This document shows, in pieces, positions 49,420-63,042 of a DNA stretch of 64,000 nucleotides. The translations under genes and the position numbers were made by a program. Below the pieces are notes generated by a model. That model searched no databases. It worked only from the letters and a program-made list of their open reading frames with translations, and had not been told where the DNA came from. Location: NCBI GenBank assembly GCA_015680685.1, contig MNCI01002682.1:441682-505681 (forward strand). The letters are read 5' to 3'. The DNA comes from Gnetum montanum (taxonomy: Eukaryota; Plantae; Gnetophyta). The stretch's first letter is position 1; every line of letters begins with the position of its first letter.

Positions 49420-52400
49420 GCTAAAGTTGATAAAATGTGAAACTCCTTGGATGAAAAGTTACAAACTACTCTAAAGATTATAGAGGAACGTAGAGATCAA
49501 GGAGGTAGTGGCCATGAACAAAGGAAGAAGAAGGATGTTGAATGAGAATATCGCAAAGATAAGGGCAAAGCTGCAACGGTAGAGAAGATTGTAGATTTAG
49601 AATCTGATAATGATGGGTGTGACATCTGTCAATACAAACATCCTAAGGGATGTTGCCCTGTATTGTCACACTTACAAGAATCTACAGTGTATGCTTTAAA
49701 TTCTAGATTGGCAAAACGACAAGCACCCAAGAGGTTGCCTTATTCACAAGGCAATTATCAACAGCAATTCCACCAACAAGCTTACTATCCAAATGGAGCA
49801 CCACCTCAACCTCAAGAATAGTACTAGTAGTGGCAACACCCACAATCATAGGGGATGCCGCCTCCAAGGCAACAATACCCTTATCACCAACCTGACCCTT
49901 ATAGATACTATGTTCAGCAGCCAATCTCTTCACGTGACTCTTCCAGTCATGCTTCCTTTCCACACCACTCCTATCCTCCAAAGTACTATAGAGCACCTTC
50001 TCCAAGAGGGGAGTCTACATTCCCTTTCTATCCTCCTCAACATCTGTCCACTCTTGCACCACCATCAACTCCTCTATCATTTGCTTTATCCATGCAAGGT
50101 GAAATACCTACCCAACCACAACAAAGAAATGCTACAAAGGTAGTAAACTTGCATCCGGCTCCTCAGCCAAAAGTGGTCCTAAATACAAGCCTTGCAAGAG
50201 GCCATTCTTCAAAACCAATAGCTCCAAAAAGCCATCACAAACACCTATGGTTGTTAACCCTGCTACTTCAACCTCCGAAAGTCCCATCTAGCAACCTTCA
50301 AATCAAAGTACTCCCCAATTGCACACTATCATGTTGACCCATGTAGTCACAGACTGGATCAAGGCTAGCCTTCTTCCCAAGAAGAGATCTAATTCTCAAA
50401 GTCCTCTTATTTACTCGCAAATCGCTAGAAATGAACCCTGTAAGGCTCTTTTGGATTCAGGTTTCAAAGTCAACTTAATTTCCCAAGAGATGAAAAAAGC
50501 CTAGAACCTGCCTCCCCTAAAAAAATAGCAACATCAGACTGGAGCTAGCAGACCAATTCATCACTGTTTCTTTGGGATTGGTGAAAGACATCATGACCAC
50601 TATTTGTAAGTGCTCTTATCCTACCAATTTCCTAGTGATCCACGCGGAGAATTGTAAAGGGGACCTCCCTATCATCATGGGAAGAGCATGGCTAAGCACT
50701 ATCGATGCAAGGTTGGGGGGATTTGAGACTTTTTTTTGTAGATTTCCAAGGAAAATAAATTCGGAGAAATCAAAAAGAAGAGAGTTTCATGCATCATGTA
50801 CAATGACACAGGGTGCCATTGCCTGCAAAGACTATAGACTATCAAAGGCACATCACTTCAAGTATGCAATCAATGCTCAGAGACAACAAAAATTCAAAGG
50901 TGTCTATACACAGCAGCCACTAAACAGGAGGGTACCCAGTGGCTAACACTAGATAATGAGGCTGGATCAACAATATGCATGGAACCAACTAAGAGCCTCA
51001 CTAGCTTAAATGTTGAAAGCATGGACAAGTTGGAGCAACTTCATCACCACCTCTTTGATGTGCAAAGTGAAATCGATTGGGGAGAGTTGAAACTTTTAAG
51101 CAAAAAACCCTTGAGTTAAAGGTTCTACCGATAGGAATAGAATATACATTTCTAAACAATGGCAAGCTGGTAATTATCGATGCCACACTTACTCCTACAC
51201 ATAAGAAGAAATTGTTGGAAGTTATGAACAAATGGCTAATAGCCTTCACCTGGTCATATCATGAGCTAACCAAAATTAATCCTAGGATATGCCAGCACAA
51301 AATCTATACAAACTCCCTTATCAAACCAAAGAGATAGCCGCAAAGACACTTGAACCCAAAACTCAAGCAAATCATCAAGGAGGAGATTGAATAACTTCTC
51401 AAAGCTAGGTTTATTTACCTCATTGTGGATAGCAAGTGGGTTAGCCCACTTGTTATTGTGTCCAAGAAAGAAGTGAAGTGGAGAGTCTGTATAGACCTTC
51501 AGCTGTTGAATATGGCAACTTACAAAGATCATTTCCCATTGCCATTTGTGGACCAAGTGCTAGATACCATTGCAAGGCATTGCTACTATAGCTTTCTGGA
51601 TGATTATAGTGGCTATAACCAAATTCAGATCACACCAGAGGACCAAGCCAAGACAACATTCACAAGTCCTTGGGGAACTTTTGCATATAGAAAGATGCCC
51701 TTTAACCTATGCAATGCTCCTACCACATTTCAATGTTTGGTCCTAAGCATCTTCCAACAACAGATTGGTAGCAGGGTAGAAGTCTTCATGGATAGCTTTT
51801 CTACCTATGAGGCTATATTTGAGCAAGCCTTGGACCGCCTTGAGCAAGTTCTTCAACAATGTGTGGAGACAAACTTGAGGCCCAATTGGAAAAAGAGCCA
51901 CTTGATAGTCCAAGAGGGCATTATCTTGGGACACAAGGTTTCAAACAAAGGAATCAAGGTAGACCCAAAGAAAACAAGGGTCATCCAAAGAATAACCAAA
52001 CAACTAGAAACCATGAAAGATGTGAGGTCATTCCTTGGCCACACTAGTTACTACTAATGCTTAATCGAAAACTTCTCAAAGATCGCCAAGTCGTTGGTGG
52101 AGCTTACAAAGATGCATCATTCATCTAGACCAAGGAATGTGAGAATGTATTCTAGCAATTAAAGTAGAAACTCACAGAAACTCCAATTCTATGGGCACTA
52201 GACTAGTCCAAGTCCTTCCACATCACGACAGATGCATCAAATTATGCTTTGGGGGCCATGCTCACACAAATGGACAATCAAAAACATCCATATTACATCC
52301 AATGTGCAAGCAAAAGCATTGTGGGTGCACAACTCAACTACACCACTAGTGAAAAGGAGCTTATGGCAATGGTGCATGCAGTAGAGAAATTCAAGTACTA

Positions 52401-52430
52401 TGTGCTTGAATACAAAGTTTTTGTGCACAT
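49420..52430 (+). mobile_element. Gypsy (Athila-like) gag-PR-RT-RH, same family as element A, truncated in RNase H
   Basis: KALLDSG, RT ORF 51425..52057 (WVSPLVIV.KK, DHFPLPF.DQ.LD, SGYNQI, KMPF.LCNAP.TFQ, VFMD), RH NYTTSEKEL. Confidence 0.92.
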
Positions 52431-55400
52431 TGGTGAGCAATGGAATATTTAACACCCAACCATACAAGATACGAATGTTCATGCACGATCTCAGTCAAAT
52501 TCCATAGACAAGGCAATGTGATTATGCAAGTAATTGGTTAGAGTTCACGATCATTGTCTTCCCACGTGAGCTAGCAAATTCAATGTGTATGGTTTAACTC
52601 ACAATGAGGCATATGATAGCTCCACGCTAACATGAGGTAAAAGTAATGGTTTCTAATCTAAATGACAATAAATGAATCTAATCTAGCCTATGCGATGAGT
52701 AGTCGATCCTGATCTTCCATTCACACCTTGGACTTCATGTAACTACTACTAAGATTGCCAAGTACTACACTACTAGGCGTACTAAGTGATAGTACTAGTG
52801 GGTTATCAAGTAGCTACACTTAAGTGCTTGAGATCAATCATACTCATTCTACTTAACAATAGGAATAGTAAAGTGAATTGAGAGTAAATCAGTAACTATG
52901 AAAATAGTAAACATTAAACTAAATAAAAGCAGAAATAAAACTAAGTGTTGATGCAATGATGGGAAGTAATCTCGATGTTTATTTCTGGTCATGCAATGCA
53001 TCCAAGTACATCACACTCGAATAAAGACTTCGTTCAATCAATTAACATCACACTACCGGCACACACTGCTAAGTACTAAAGCTAAAATTACGAAAACAAA
53101 CTGAAAGAATCCTGCTACTATGTTATCAAATCTACTACGGATCAATGTGCCTAAGTGTTGCTTTTATAGGCTGGCACACACCCCACAATACAATATCGTT
53201 TATACTATAACATATCATGAGATACGATAACGTATCTATGACATTGTAGATACGATATGATAACTACAATATCGTTATTGCAAAAAATTTGGATTTATCA
53301 TACCCCCACAACTGATTGAAAACTCGTCCCCAAGTTACAAAATGAGGATAAAGTCCCTTACAAAATTGGAAGGTAGATTTACATAACACTAACTACTCTG
53401 TACATGACTCTTAAGTACTGCAATGGTGTTTTACAAAAATGAGACAAACTTTATAATGCAAAACCAAAATTCGGCAAAGCTAGATGTAGCCTTATGTTGT
53501 TCCAAGTGGCGATGGCTCCTCCATTGGTCGCTTCCCCTTGTCGTCAAGCTTCTGAAATTGATAGTGATTTAGGAGCACCTACAATTTCTCCTCTTCTGTT
53601 CTTGAAACGTGAACCATCCATGCTAATGAACCAATGTTTAATGGAGTTGGCACATTCCGTGGACATGGCAAGTGCGGAAACATCTAATTAGCTTTAACAT
53701 ACCATGCCGCAAACTATCATCTTTCTTCTTCAAAAGCTTTGGCCTTCTCTCTTAATTCATGGTAATTTGTTAATCTTTTGGCCAAGTCTGCTGCTACATC
53801 TTTTGCCCTTGGTAGCCAGCCTTCACTACTTCTAGCTCTGAGTTTACTACTTGAATTTTTTGTAAAGCATATTTGCAGTTTGCAAACTCTTTCTCGTACA
53901 AGGCATACGTGGTTGCTACTTCTTGTTCAAGCTCACTTCTAGGCCTACCTACTGTCAACATGGCTAATTTAGCATAACAGAGGTTTGCTAACCCCATGTA
54001 TTCTTTTAAGTCCTCAATCTACAGGTCTTTATTTTTCACTTCCACTTTGTAGGTGTGGGCCATGCTATCCAAGATGGATTGCCATTCTGGATTTTGTGCT
54101 AACATGGAATTAATGCTAGGCTTTGCCATCTAGATCTTTTTCTCATTAATTTGTTTATACATTCCCACCTGATCTTGGAAGTGTTCCTTGAGCCATTCAT
54201 GCTTCTTTACCTCATTTTGCCACATGCCAATTTTGATGGCTGATTTCTAATGGATGGTGTGTACCTCCATGTAGAAGGTTTTGTTTTCTCTTGCAAGGTG
54301 GCTCATATCCTAGTTGACCCTCACTAACTATTCCCTTAGCTAGTGAATACTCTCTTCCAAAATATTCTTCTATTTTTCAACAATGGTCAACCGCATGTTA
54401 TCAACAACGAGTTGTTTATTTTCCTCTTGCAAGGCAGCAAGTGCTTTAACATGGGCCTATGTTTGAGTTTTGGCCGCTGAAGCATCCCATACTACCATTT
54501 CTTTCTCATTCTCCATCTCTTTGTTGTTCTTAAGGAGGCAACTAATCTACTCAATTTTGAATTGTGCTAGTTGTTCTAATGCAATGAACTAAGTTGGATC
54601 ACTTCTTTCTGCTCTCAGGGCTACAAGCTCTTCTTGTAATCTATGAAGCTCATTCTTAGCATGCTCTGCCCTGGTTTCGACCATGATCAATTTTCCTTTA
54701 GTGGCAATCAATTCGAACTGTGTTGTAGTGACATCACTAGGAATGTCGAAGAGATTATCATAACCTCTCCTATTTGCAACAATCTATCTGACACCCCTTA
54801 ATGTTTTGCAAGAGTCATAGAGGTACCAGCTAACATTTGAGCATCTTTAGTTCCAAAAATATCAGCTAGCACAAGTACATTGAAAGATTCTTTAATGTAA
54901 CCCGCTGCATCATGGTGGTGCATAACCACACCTATGGCTCCTTCTCCATATTCAAGCACCACTCAGAACGATGCAGTGTTCCCAGAAATCTGTTGTGACC
55001 ATTAGGTCTCTCCTCCTAGCTGTAATGATATTTGTCCGCTAGCAGGATTTGTTGAGATGGTTGGCCTGACTGCATCATCAATTACTTTGAATAAATTGGC
55101 CTCTTCCCTGCTTCCCCAACTGATGGTTTTTGCAATTTGCTGCAGATGACTCATTGAAGACCTCTAATCTTGCAACGGTGGTGATGGAACTTGTGGTTGC
55201 TACTATTGTTGTCCTATGGTTTGGGTAGCCTCCTCTATGCCTAGTTGTTCTTCTATTTAGTCCTTTTTGGGAGGCATTGGCTTGAGCATTTCGGCATAAG
55301 AAGCATTCTTTACCTTCCTTAATGCATCATTTGTATACCCTAAGATGCCAGCTTGTTTGCATAACTTCTGAATAAGGCAAGGGAATGGAAGTGTTAACTT

Positions 55401-57440
55401 CCCTACCTTCCTCTCCTTGAACCACCTTTAAATTTTTGTGAAGTAGAGGTGAGCAATGTTTGCATTGAACTTTCCCATTAATATTGTGCTACCTCTAGTC
55501 GCATATGTAGAGATTCGGTTCAATCTCTTGGTAGGAAACAAGTGATAAGTACCAATTTTAAAATATATCTTTTCTTCTGCAGTCAGTTCACTATATTCTT
55601 TATTGTCCTTGCCATACACCCACTACAACCATAGCTTCCTAGTGTCTATGTCAAATCTTGTTGATATTTGTGCCACCTTTGCTCCTTCATTGGGCACAAT
55701 ACTACCTCTGCAATTGCCTTAACTGAGTAAGACACTGAGATCTCTTCAATTTTTACTGTAGCATTTGCTTCTTGATTCTACCAAAACTGGAGTGTTTATC
55801 CTAAATACCACTCCCCATTTGTTGTCAAAGTAGGTCACAAAGGAGATAACTGAAGTTGGGCCTTAACACCTTCTAGAGCAAATTCCAGAAATGGACCAAA
55901 GTTAAGTTTCACAATTACTATCAACATATGGATTTTTCCTAAATAGCCTAAAGGCATTTAGGTGACAATGTGAGTTGCTATCCCTAGATGAGCTCTTGTG
56001 GAATGTCTGCTTCTACTTGAGTAGATTGCTCTGTGGCAAAAGTTTGTTGATAAATACTAAAGAATTGTGCCTTCTACTCTCCTTGTTCTGCTTGCGGGTT
56101 TTGATTACTCACTTGTCCTCTTCCACCTCATGCTCTTTTACTTGTTGGTTGTGGAAGCCATCTACAATCAATCAAGGGTTTGGAATTACTAGAGTATTCT
56201 CATAGATGAGCAACAATTTGGTACCTTACTCATACCCTTGGTTATATCAAGTTTAGTTCATTATGATTGCATAGTTAGAAAATTTTTCAAGAGCAACCGC
56301 ATTAGTACACTTCTATGGCATAAAATGAATGGTATGATTAATTAGAAGTCTTCTTAAAGTTGTTTTGGCCTTAACATGAGTGATTTACTTTTAAAATTCT
56401 TAATATGTACCCTTCAACTTACCCTTATAATATCTTCCAGTCGTTAGCAATTTTCAAAAAATCAACTCAGATTTTCCTTACTAACACCCCACTCCCCAAC
56501 TCCCACAACTAAGATGAGCACTCCAAGATCACATAGATTCAAAAATCACAAAAATCGGAGCAAGAATGCACAAGTTATGGACACTAGAAGATGGGGTAAA
56601 GAAAAATCATCAACAACTCTTCTTTATATGAAAATCAAAAATGAAAATTTTTTTCTTAACTCCCCCATGCTATATATAGTTTTTATGAGTGTGACATCGT
56701 AACTATGATATTGTAGGCATCTGTAATATCGTAACTACAATGTCATCTTAGAAAAAAATCAAATTTTGTTAAGGTTTTTCAAGGAAAAATTGAGTTCCAT
56801 CAGATGATTGGTAGATATACATCATGTTGAAAGGGTCCTGACATGGAGATGATCCTTCAGTTGTGAAAAATAAGCGTTGCAAGTTTATGATTAAGGAATC
56901 TTGGGCTATGAAAGTGTATGAGGTGTTGATGAAATGAATGAGATAGACAATGGTGTTGCATCATTAGAATAGATAGTGTGAATGATATGGGAAGTCTTTA
57001 TTGTCATTTATTGGAATTGGAAGGCTCAAGATGATGTAGAATCGCTTGGCAAGTATAAGATACAATAGTTATACAAGTGGGTCCTCCCCAAAGCAGGCTC
57101 TAGCCCTTAATGCATTTGTATAAACATGCCTAAAAGTGTCCTTAGGCACTTAAGGAGTTGAATGTAACACATACCTGTTTAGCAAGACACACATGCTAGT
57201 ACCACCAAATTGGGAAAATAACTCTATGTTACACAAAATCATAAGTTATGATTATTCAAACAGTGAGATGAAATGGGCTTAGAAGGGATTGCAAAAATCG
57301 GGACATAAGGTGTCTTACCATAGGCATAATGAATTCTTGTGTTTTATTAGTGGTTAAAGTAATCATTAGCCTTTCCGTCCAAGATTCAAACCAAGTCTAG
57401 ACCACATTCTAGTGACATTGCATCATCTCATCTCTTGGAA
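52431..57440 (-). mobile_element. Gypsy element C 3' part: spacer, extra ORF (~56100-53500), PPT, LTR 53300-52431
   Basis: LPFPCLIQKLCKQAGI, ANL.YAKLAMLT; spacer motif GTGGGTCCTCC.CAAAGCAGGC shared with element A (~6693); minus-strand CAGTTGTGGGGGTA|TGATAAA...GCTCACCA. Confidence 0.8.
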
Positions 57441-59348
57441 TTACAATCGTAAGACTATCAACGTTATAAGGAGTATTGTCACTTGGCATATTGTCCAAGG
57501 GACCAAGTAGGGCCCCTTAAGGAAGTGAATGAGAAGGAGATCCAATTGGCCAAGGCGAAAATGAATGAGGCCCTCCATCCACCCCAGTAAAGATGCGATA
57601 TATGGCAGCCGATCTTTGACAATCTTAACACCTACAACAAAGTAGAGATTTGCCTGAAGGAGTTGCAAATAGAAGAAATGACAAAATACATGGAACTTGC
57701 CAACCTCCGCCACGCAAACTTGGCAATGCTAACAGCCAAAAGACCAAGGTTAGAGTTAAAAAAACAGGTGGCCAACTCGTATCTCCTCTATGAGGTTGAG
57801 TTCAAGCACCACAAGGACACCAAGCAAAAGCTAGAAATAGCTAATGCTATGCTTGAAGTTCTCAGAAGCCGATTCATAGACCAACGATCAGTTGCTAAGA
57901 ACCTGGCCAGGAGGATGAATAACTACCACGAACTACAAAACCTTGTAAAGACATTCGATGTGAAATGTAAACAATTCGCAACGTGGTTTGTCAATGTGAA
58001 AAAGTTGTTCTTAGCAATGCAATGTCCATGGAATGTCCCGTAGTAGCCCACATTAGTGAAGCCATGTGGACTATGTATGACCCATGGAGCAAAGAGGAGA
58101 AGATGAAAGCATTGTTGGATGCCTTTCATCTTCCACCAAAAGCAGCAGTTGCAACAGGACAACCACAACCTCAACCTCAGCCACTGCCACCACAAACACT
58201 GAAGCCTGGTGAAGGTCCTTCAACACCCCAGGAGCCTCCACCTCCTGGCATTGTTTGATCTTCTCTTTGTCTTTGGCAACCATAAGATCATTGTGGGTCA
58301 TTTTTGCAAAGGGTGTCCAATTTTGTTGTCCAAAACACCCATGTTTATCATTTTTGTAAATCTGTACAATTCGGCACTTAGAGTCAATTAGTTAGAGTCT
58401 GTCAGTTAACAATTCCATACCTTCCCAATTTTGTAAAAAGCTTGATCCTATTTTTGTTTGCTCGAGGACAAGTTTTCATTTAGTCATGGGAATATGATGA
58501 ATCATTCGACAGGCTGTGTCAATAGGCATGTGTCAACACAACCTTGTCGACACATGGTTAGATGCGTCGAAGCAATGTCTAGTTTTGCCTATATAAGTGC
58601 ACGCACCCACCGCATTTATGGCATGTTAGGTTGATAGCGTAGCCAAACTCTTACAATTTCTTTCCATCATAGTTTGAATATTTTCTAAGTGCCCGCATTA
58701 GGACTTTAAGTCCTATATGAATCCTTATTCAAACATCAATGTACCTAAATACTTTGATGTGCTGACAATAAAGATGAGATTCTTGAAATTCCTTGTAGCA
58801 CTTAAGAATAGTTTAAATGTTTTCATTCATGCATTTTATTACTTATGCATTTTATATTCACGTCCTTCGTTAATTAATACATTTACTAATAACACATAAG
58901 TACGACAGCCTCAAACATACCATTAATGCCTGGTAATCCCAATAGTGTTATCACTTAGTTCACCCAGTAGCTTAACACTTGGTAACTCGGTAGCATTTGT
59001 AACAAGTTTAGGATGTGCACGGAAGGTGGGACTGAATGCTTATGTTAGGATAATTAGATTAAAGCATTGGATAGTTATTTAGCTAATTTACAATTAATTA
59101 CCTATGTTTACAGATAGTGTAAATCAAATAAAATATAAAATATAAATATAAATCATGTGCCTTGGCTTACACTTAACCATACACTTGAACTTACACAAAT
59201 GAAGCCAAGAAGATAATGATCACGTTCCTAAGTTACTATCTTTGCCCATCGATGCATTTAGGCGCTAAGTCCATGGAATTCAACTGGATCACTGATGCAA
59301 CACTTGTGATTTGTATAGTTGGGCATAGGGTCTACTTGCTGCTCATCA
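57440..59348 (+). mobile_element. Gypsy element D 3' part: C-terminus of the extra ORF, PPT, LTR 58495-59348 (possibly the 3' half of 49420-52430)
   Basis: ORF 57663..58043 ELANLRHANLAMLT...CPWNVP; CTCGAGGACAAGTTTTCATTTAGTCATGGGAATA|TGATGAA...GCTCATCA. Confidence 0.8.
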
Positions 59349-59899
59349 ACAGTGACTATATCTATAACTATGTCTTAGTTATGTGTTTACTGTAGTAGGG
59401 ATTACGCCAATAATGTGTGTGATAGTGTATGTGCATGTGTTGCGTAGAGTATGTGTGGGACTGAGTGTTGATGTAGGTTGCTTTGTACCCCATTCCTCTC
59501 CTCCAATGCAACACTTGTTGAAATCTGGTAGGGAAAGTGTAAAGACTTCCCACTCAGTTTATACTAATTTTATTTAGTTACAAGTGGGGGCCATTGGGGT
59601 GTAGGAGAGCACTGAGAGGGAGTTGAGGAGATGGATGTCTTCAAGGATTGGTTGATGTATATCTCCATGCACATTTTTCTATAGACTATTTATAGTTGCA
59701 TGGCCCTCACTATACTCTTATGTATATAACAATGGTTATGTTTTGTATTCTGTGAGAGAGATACGGATTTTTGGTTTATGTAGAGACGTAGTTTTATGAA
59801 TTGAAGTGTATGCTTTTTTTAAAAGAAGTTCAAGTATATTAAATAAAATCGCTATGTACATGATGCTCCAACACAGCTAATGTTGTAAGTGGTAAATAA

Positions 59900-60935
59900 T
59901 GGTCAAACAAAATTTCATGATGGGAAGGAACCCCCTCCTAGGCACCTGGTAACATTGCCCAACCCCCAACTAAAAACCCACAAACAGAACAATTCAGTGG
60001 AGGGGGAGGGGAACACCCCTAGTCCATAGTGTCACCCCCCAATACCCCCAAAAAAACCTCCAATCGTAAATGGGGTTATACCCCACACCCCCCCCCCCAN
60101 CTGTCAAACAAAATTTCATGAGGGGCCCAAGCCCTTGGTAACCTCAACCAACCCCCAAGTAAAAACCCACAAACAAAAATTATTTTTTTTTGGGGAGGGT
60201 GGGGGTGGGGGTGTGGGGGACAGGCCAGTCCGTAGTGTCACCCCCCAATACCCCCAAAAAAAAACCTCCAATCTTAAACACGGTTATACCCCCTATCAGC
60301 CAAAAAATGTGGAGCCTCCCTCCACCCGCCTGTGGAAAACCAATTGAATCTACAAAAAGAACAAGACTTGGCCATCATGCCGACACCCTCAAAAGAAATT
60401 CTAAACAAAAGACAAAGGTCCTGCATAACGTCTAGACCCTAACCTCGCAAGACAAAAGGACTCCGACCCCCACCTACCCTCATTAAAGCTTGAGGGGTAG
60501 GTGACTACAATCACAACCCAGCCTCTCCTAACTATGCACATTATCTAAACCCAATCAGTGCCTTTCCAAATCCACAAATGGAACTACCTCCTAAAAGGTT
60601 TTGAAAGCTATCTCCAATTGCACACATGCAGCTGGATCCCCTTTCCCATCCCTAACGCTAGATATGATGTCACAAAGAACTCCACTACGTCCCTCTCCCA
60701 ATGTTTAGAATAACGTAGGGGCAATGCCCCTATCACAGCCAAGCATGTGCCCTGTGCTCATGCACTGCGTCCAACCTCCATTGGATCTACAACTCCTCCT
60801 CCTCCCCTTCCTTATGCTTCTGCTCTTCATGTTATCACCGCTCCTATTCCCGAGCCTCCTCCTGAAGTTGAGCCCGAATGATAACCTACAGCTCTATCTC
60901 CAATGATTCCTGTGCCGCCTCTTTGGTTTGGCATG
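59900..60935 (-). mobile_element. 5'-truncated L1 fragment: coiled coil, degenerate J-domain and 3' UTR
   Basis: Minus-strand LDAVHEHRAHAWL**GHCPYVILNI...AFKTF*EVVPFVDLERH...CDCSHLPLKL* (stop 60485-60483). Confidence 0.8.
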
Positions 60936-61349
60936 GATTTTTGTACAGTTTGACCTTACAATATATATATATATCGAGTGCTTTATTCTTAATGTATTTT
61001 CATGCATCACTAGTTCCCAATTTGTCATGCTCCCATTGTGTTATTACTAGTGATCCTAGGCATCACTTCGTCCTAGCCAAGTGCGGTAGGGCGGGGTGTT
61101 ATATTTCCAAGTCCAAGAAAAGTCATAAATTCTCTTAACAAATAAAAAGATGATTCTTAATGAGAAAATTAACATTCAAAATAAATTGAAGATTTCCACA
61201 TGATCTTAGAAATCAACCAAGCAACAGCCTTTGCATATGTAACACACATAGAAACGTCAATATTACCAATTACAGTTATTTACTAGATGCTGATTTATAA
61301 TTGAAGTACAGGAATCTATAATAATAACAGAGAGATCTCAAAAACTCAC

Positions 61350-61412
61350 TTTGAAGATCCTGAACAAGACTCTTCAATTGCCCACACTCTGCTTCCAGGC
61401 GTTGCTTGTCCT
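61350..61412 (-). CDS. GNTI/CGL1: GnTI exon EDKQRLEAECGQLKSLVQDLQ
   Basis: tag / gtgagt, 63 nt, phase 1-1, coiled-coil stem. Confidence 0.9.
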
Positions 61413-63042
61413 CTAGAAATAATACACTTGTGGTTAAACAGAGATAGAAAAACATATCGGATAGACACACAAAAACTAGACACTCAGAATCACATGTTAA
61501 TTGTGTAAGTAATAAGTAATTGAGACCTAAATTTGATTTGAAAAAAACTCTACCATAAAATAAATAACATTGTTGGACTTAGAGCCAAAATTGCGGATAA
61601 ATGCCACATAGTGCATCAGATTTTAAAAACATTTGTCCAACTTAGTTTGGGCAAATACCTAACAACAGACATTTGAGCCATTGCTTACGGAATGGATCCT
61701 TGAACATGTTCCCTAGTTCATATGTAGAATCCAAAAAAATTCCTGGATGTCCTCTAAATTTAAAATTTTAATCAATAAAATCATTGATTCACATTTCCAA
61801 AAAAGATATGTTTTATTACCTGAACAATGTTTCCAACAGACAGCAACTACTTTTTTGAAAAAGCCACAAGATGATGACCTTTTTCCAAAAAAAGACTAAT
61901 CAGAAGTCACCATGTAATGTAAGCTTCTTTGCTTGAGAAATTTAGCAATATGCTATCGCTGTGAATAACTTGCTATATTTGTACACCTTGGTTGTCCGTC
62001 AATTCTTCATTACATAATAATTCCATGATGCAAGATGCCATCTGTGAGGTATATCTTGTCGGTAGGATTTCTGAATTACATTCTAAACGTCACAAGCACA
62101 ATTCTAATGGTTTATCTGAATTGAATTCAATCTAGGAGATCTCCAATACCTCTACATGAGTCTTATAAAAAATCTTCAAAGGTTCATAAATTTCACATAG
62201 TATTCCCTTTTTATTTTAAAATTAACAAAGTTATAAATAAATTTAAAGTTGCTCTCAACAGCTACAACCACTCGAGCATGAGATGAGAGCCGAATAAGTA
62301 CTGCTCATATGTTAACACAGAATCTATTTTGCATAGTGTGAGTACAAATGATACTAACATTGGTATGACAATGTAAATATTCATTTGGGTAATGAAATAA
62401 AATTATCAAAACAAGTTCTTTTTATGATCCTATCTCATTACAAAACGTGCAGGTAACCTTTGAAGGGATGTAACATTTAAAGCGGAAATGATTGATAATG
62501 AAAGAAACACCCCATGTATCTTATCGGCTATGATGGTATGATGGATTGCATAATTCTGCATAAAAATAAAGCTTCCAAGATTGATTCCGAATGTCATACT
62601 CGACAAAATATTTTTAAAAGTGCATGCAAAGGCTTACTTTGTTGGTCAGTTCCCACGCATACAGATGAAAAGACATAAGTTTAACTCTTTATGTAAGGAT
62701 TACATTACACAGTGCCAAGAATAACAGATCACCCTAGTTAGAAGGGGGAAATGAGTAGGAATCTAATAATCACTGTACAGGCTATAGTTTTAAAAAGTAT
62801 CACGCTACTCCATCAGAAATAAAATAAAATAACTCATCCTTCAATGCCTTGATAGAAGGAAAATCCTTCCACTTTTATGCATGTTTGCCACATAGTAAAT
62901 CTCTATACTTTAAAGAATGTAAAAGACATTTATTAGGACAGTTCACCTTTAGTAAAGCATACAAACAACAATTTTCTTACATCAAAATTGGAGGAAATAA
63001 GTAAAGAAATGTCTGCCATAAGTTATGCAAGCCAGGACTTAC

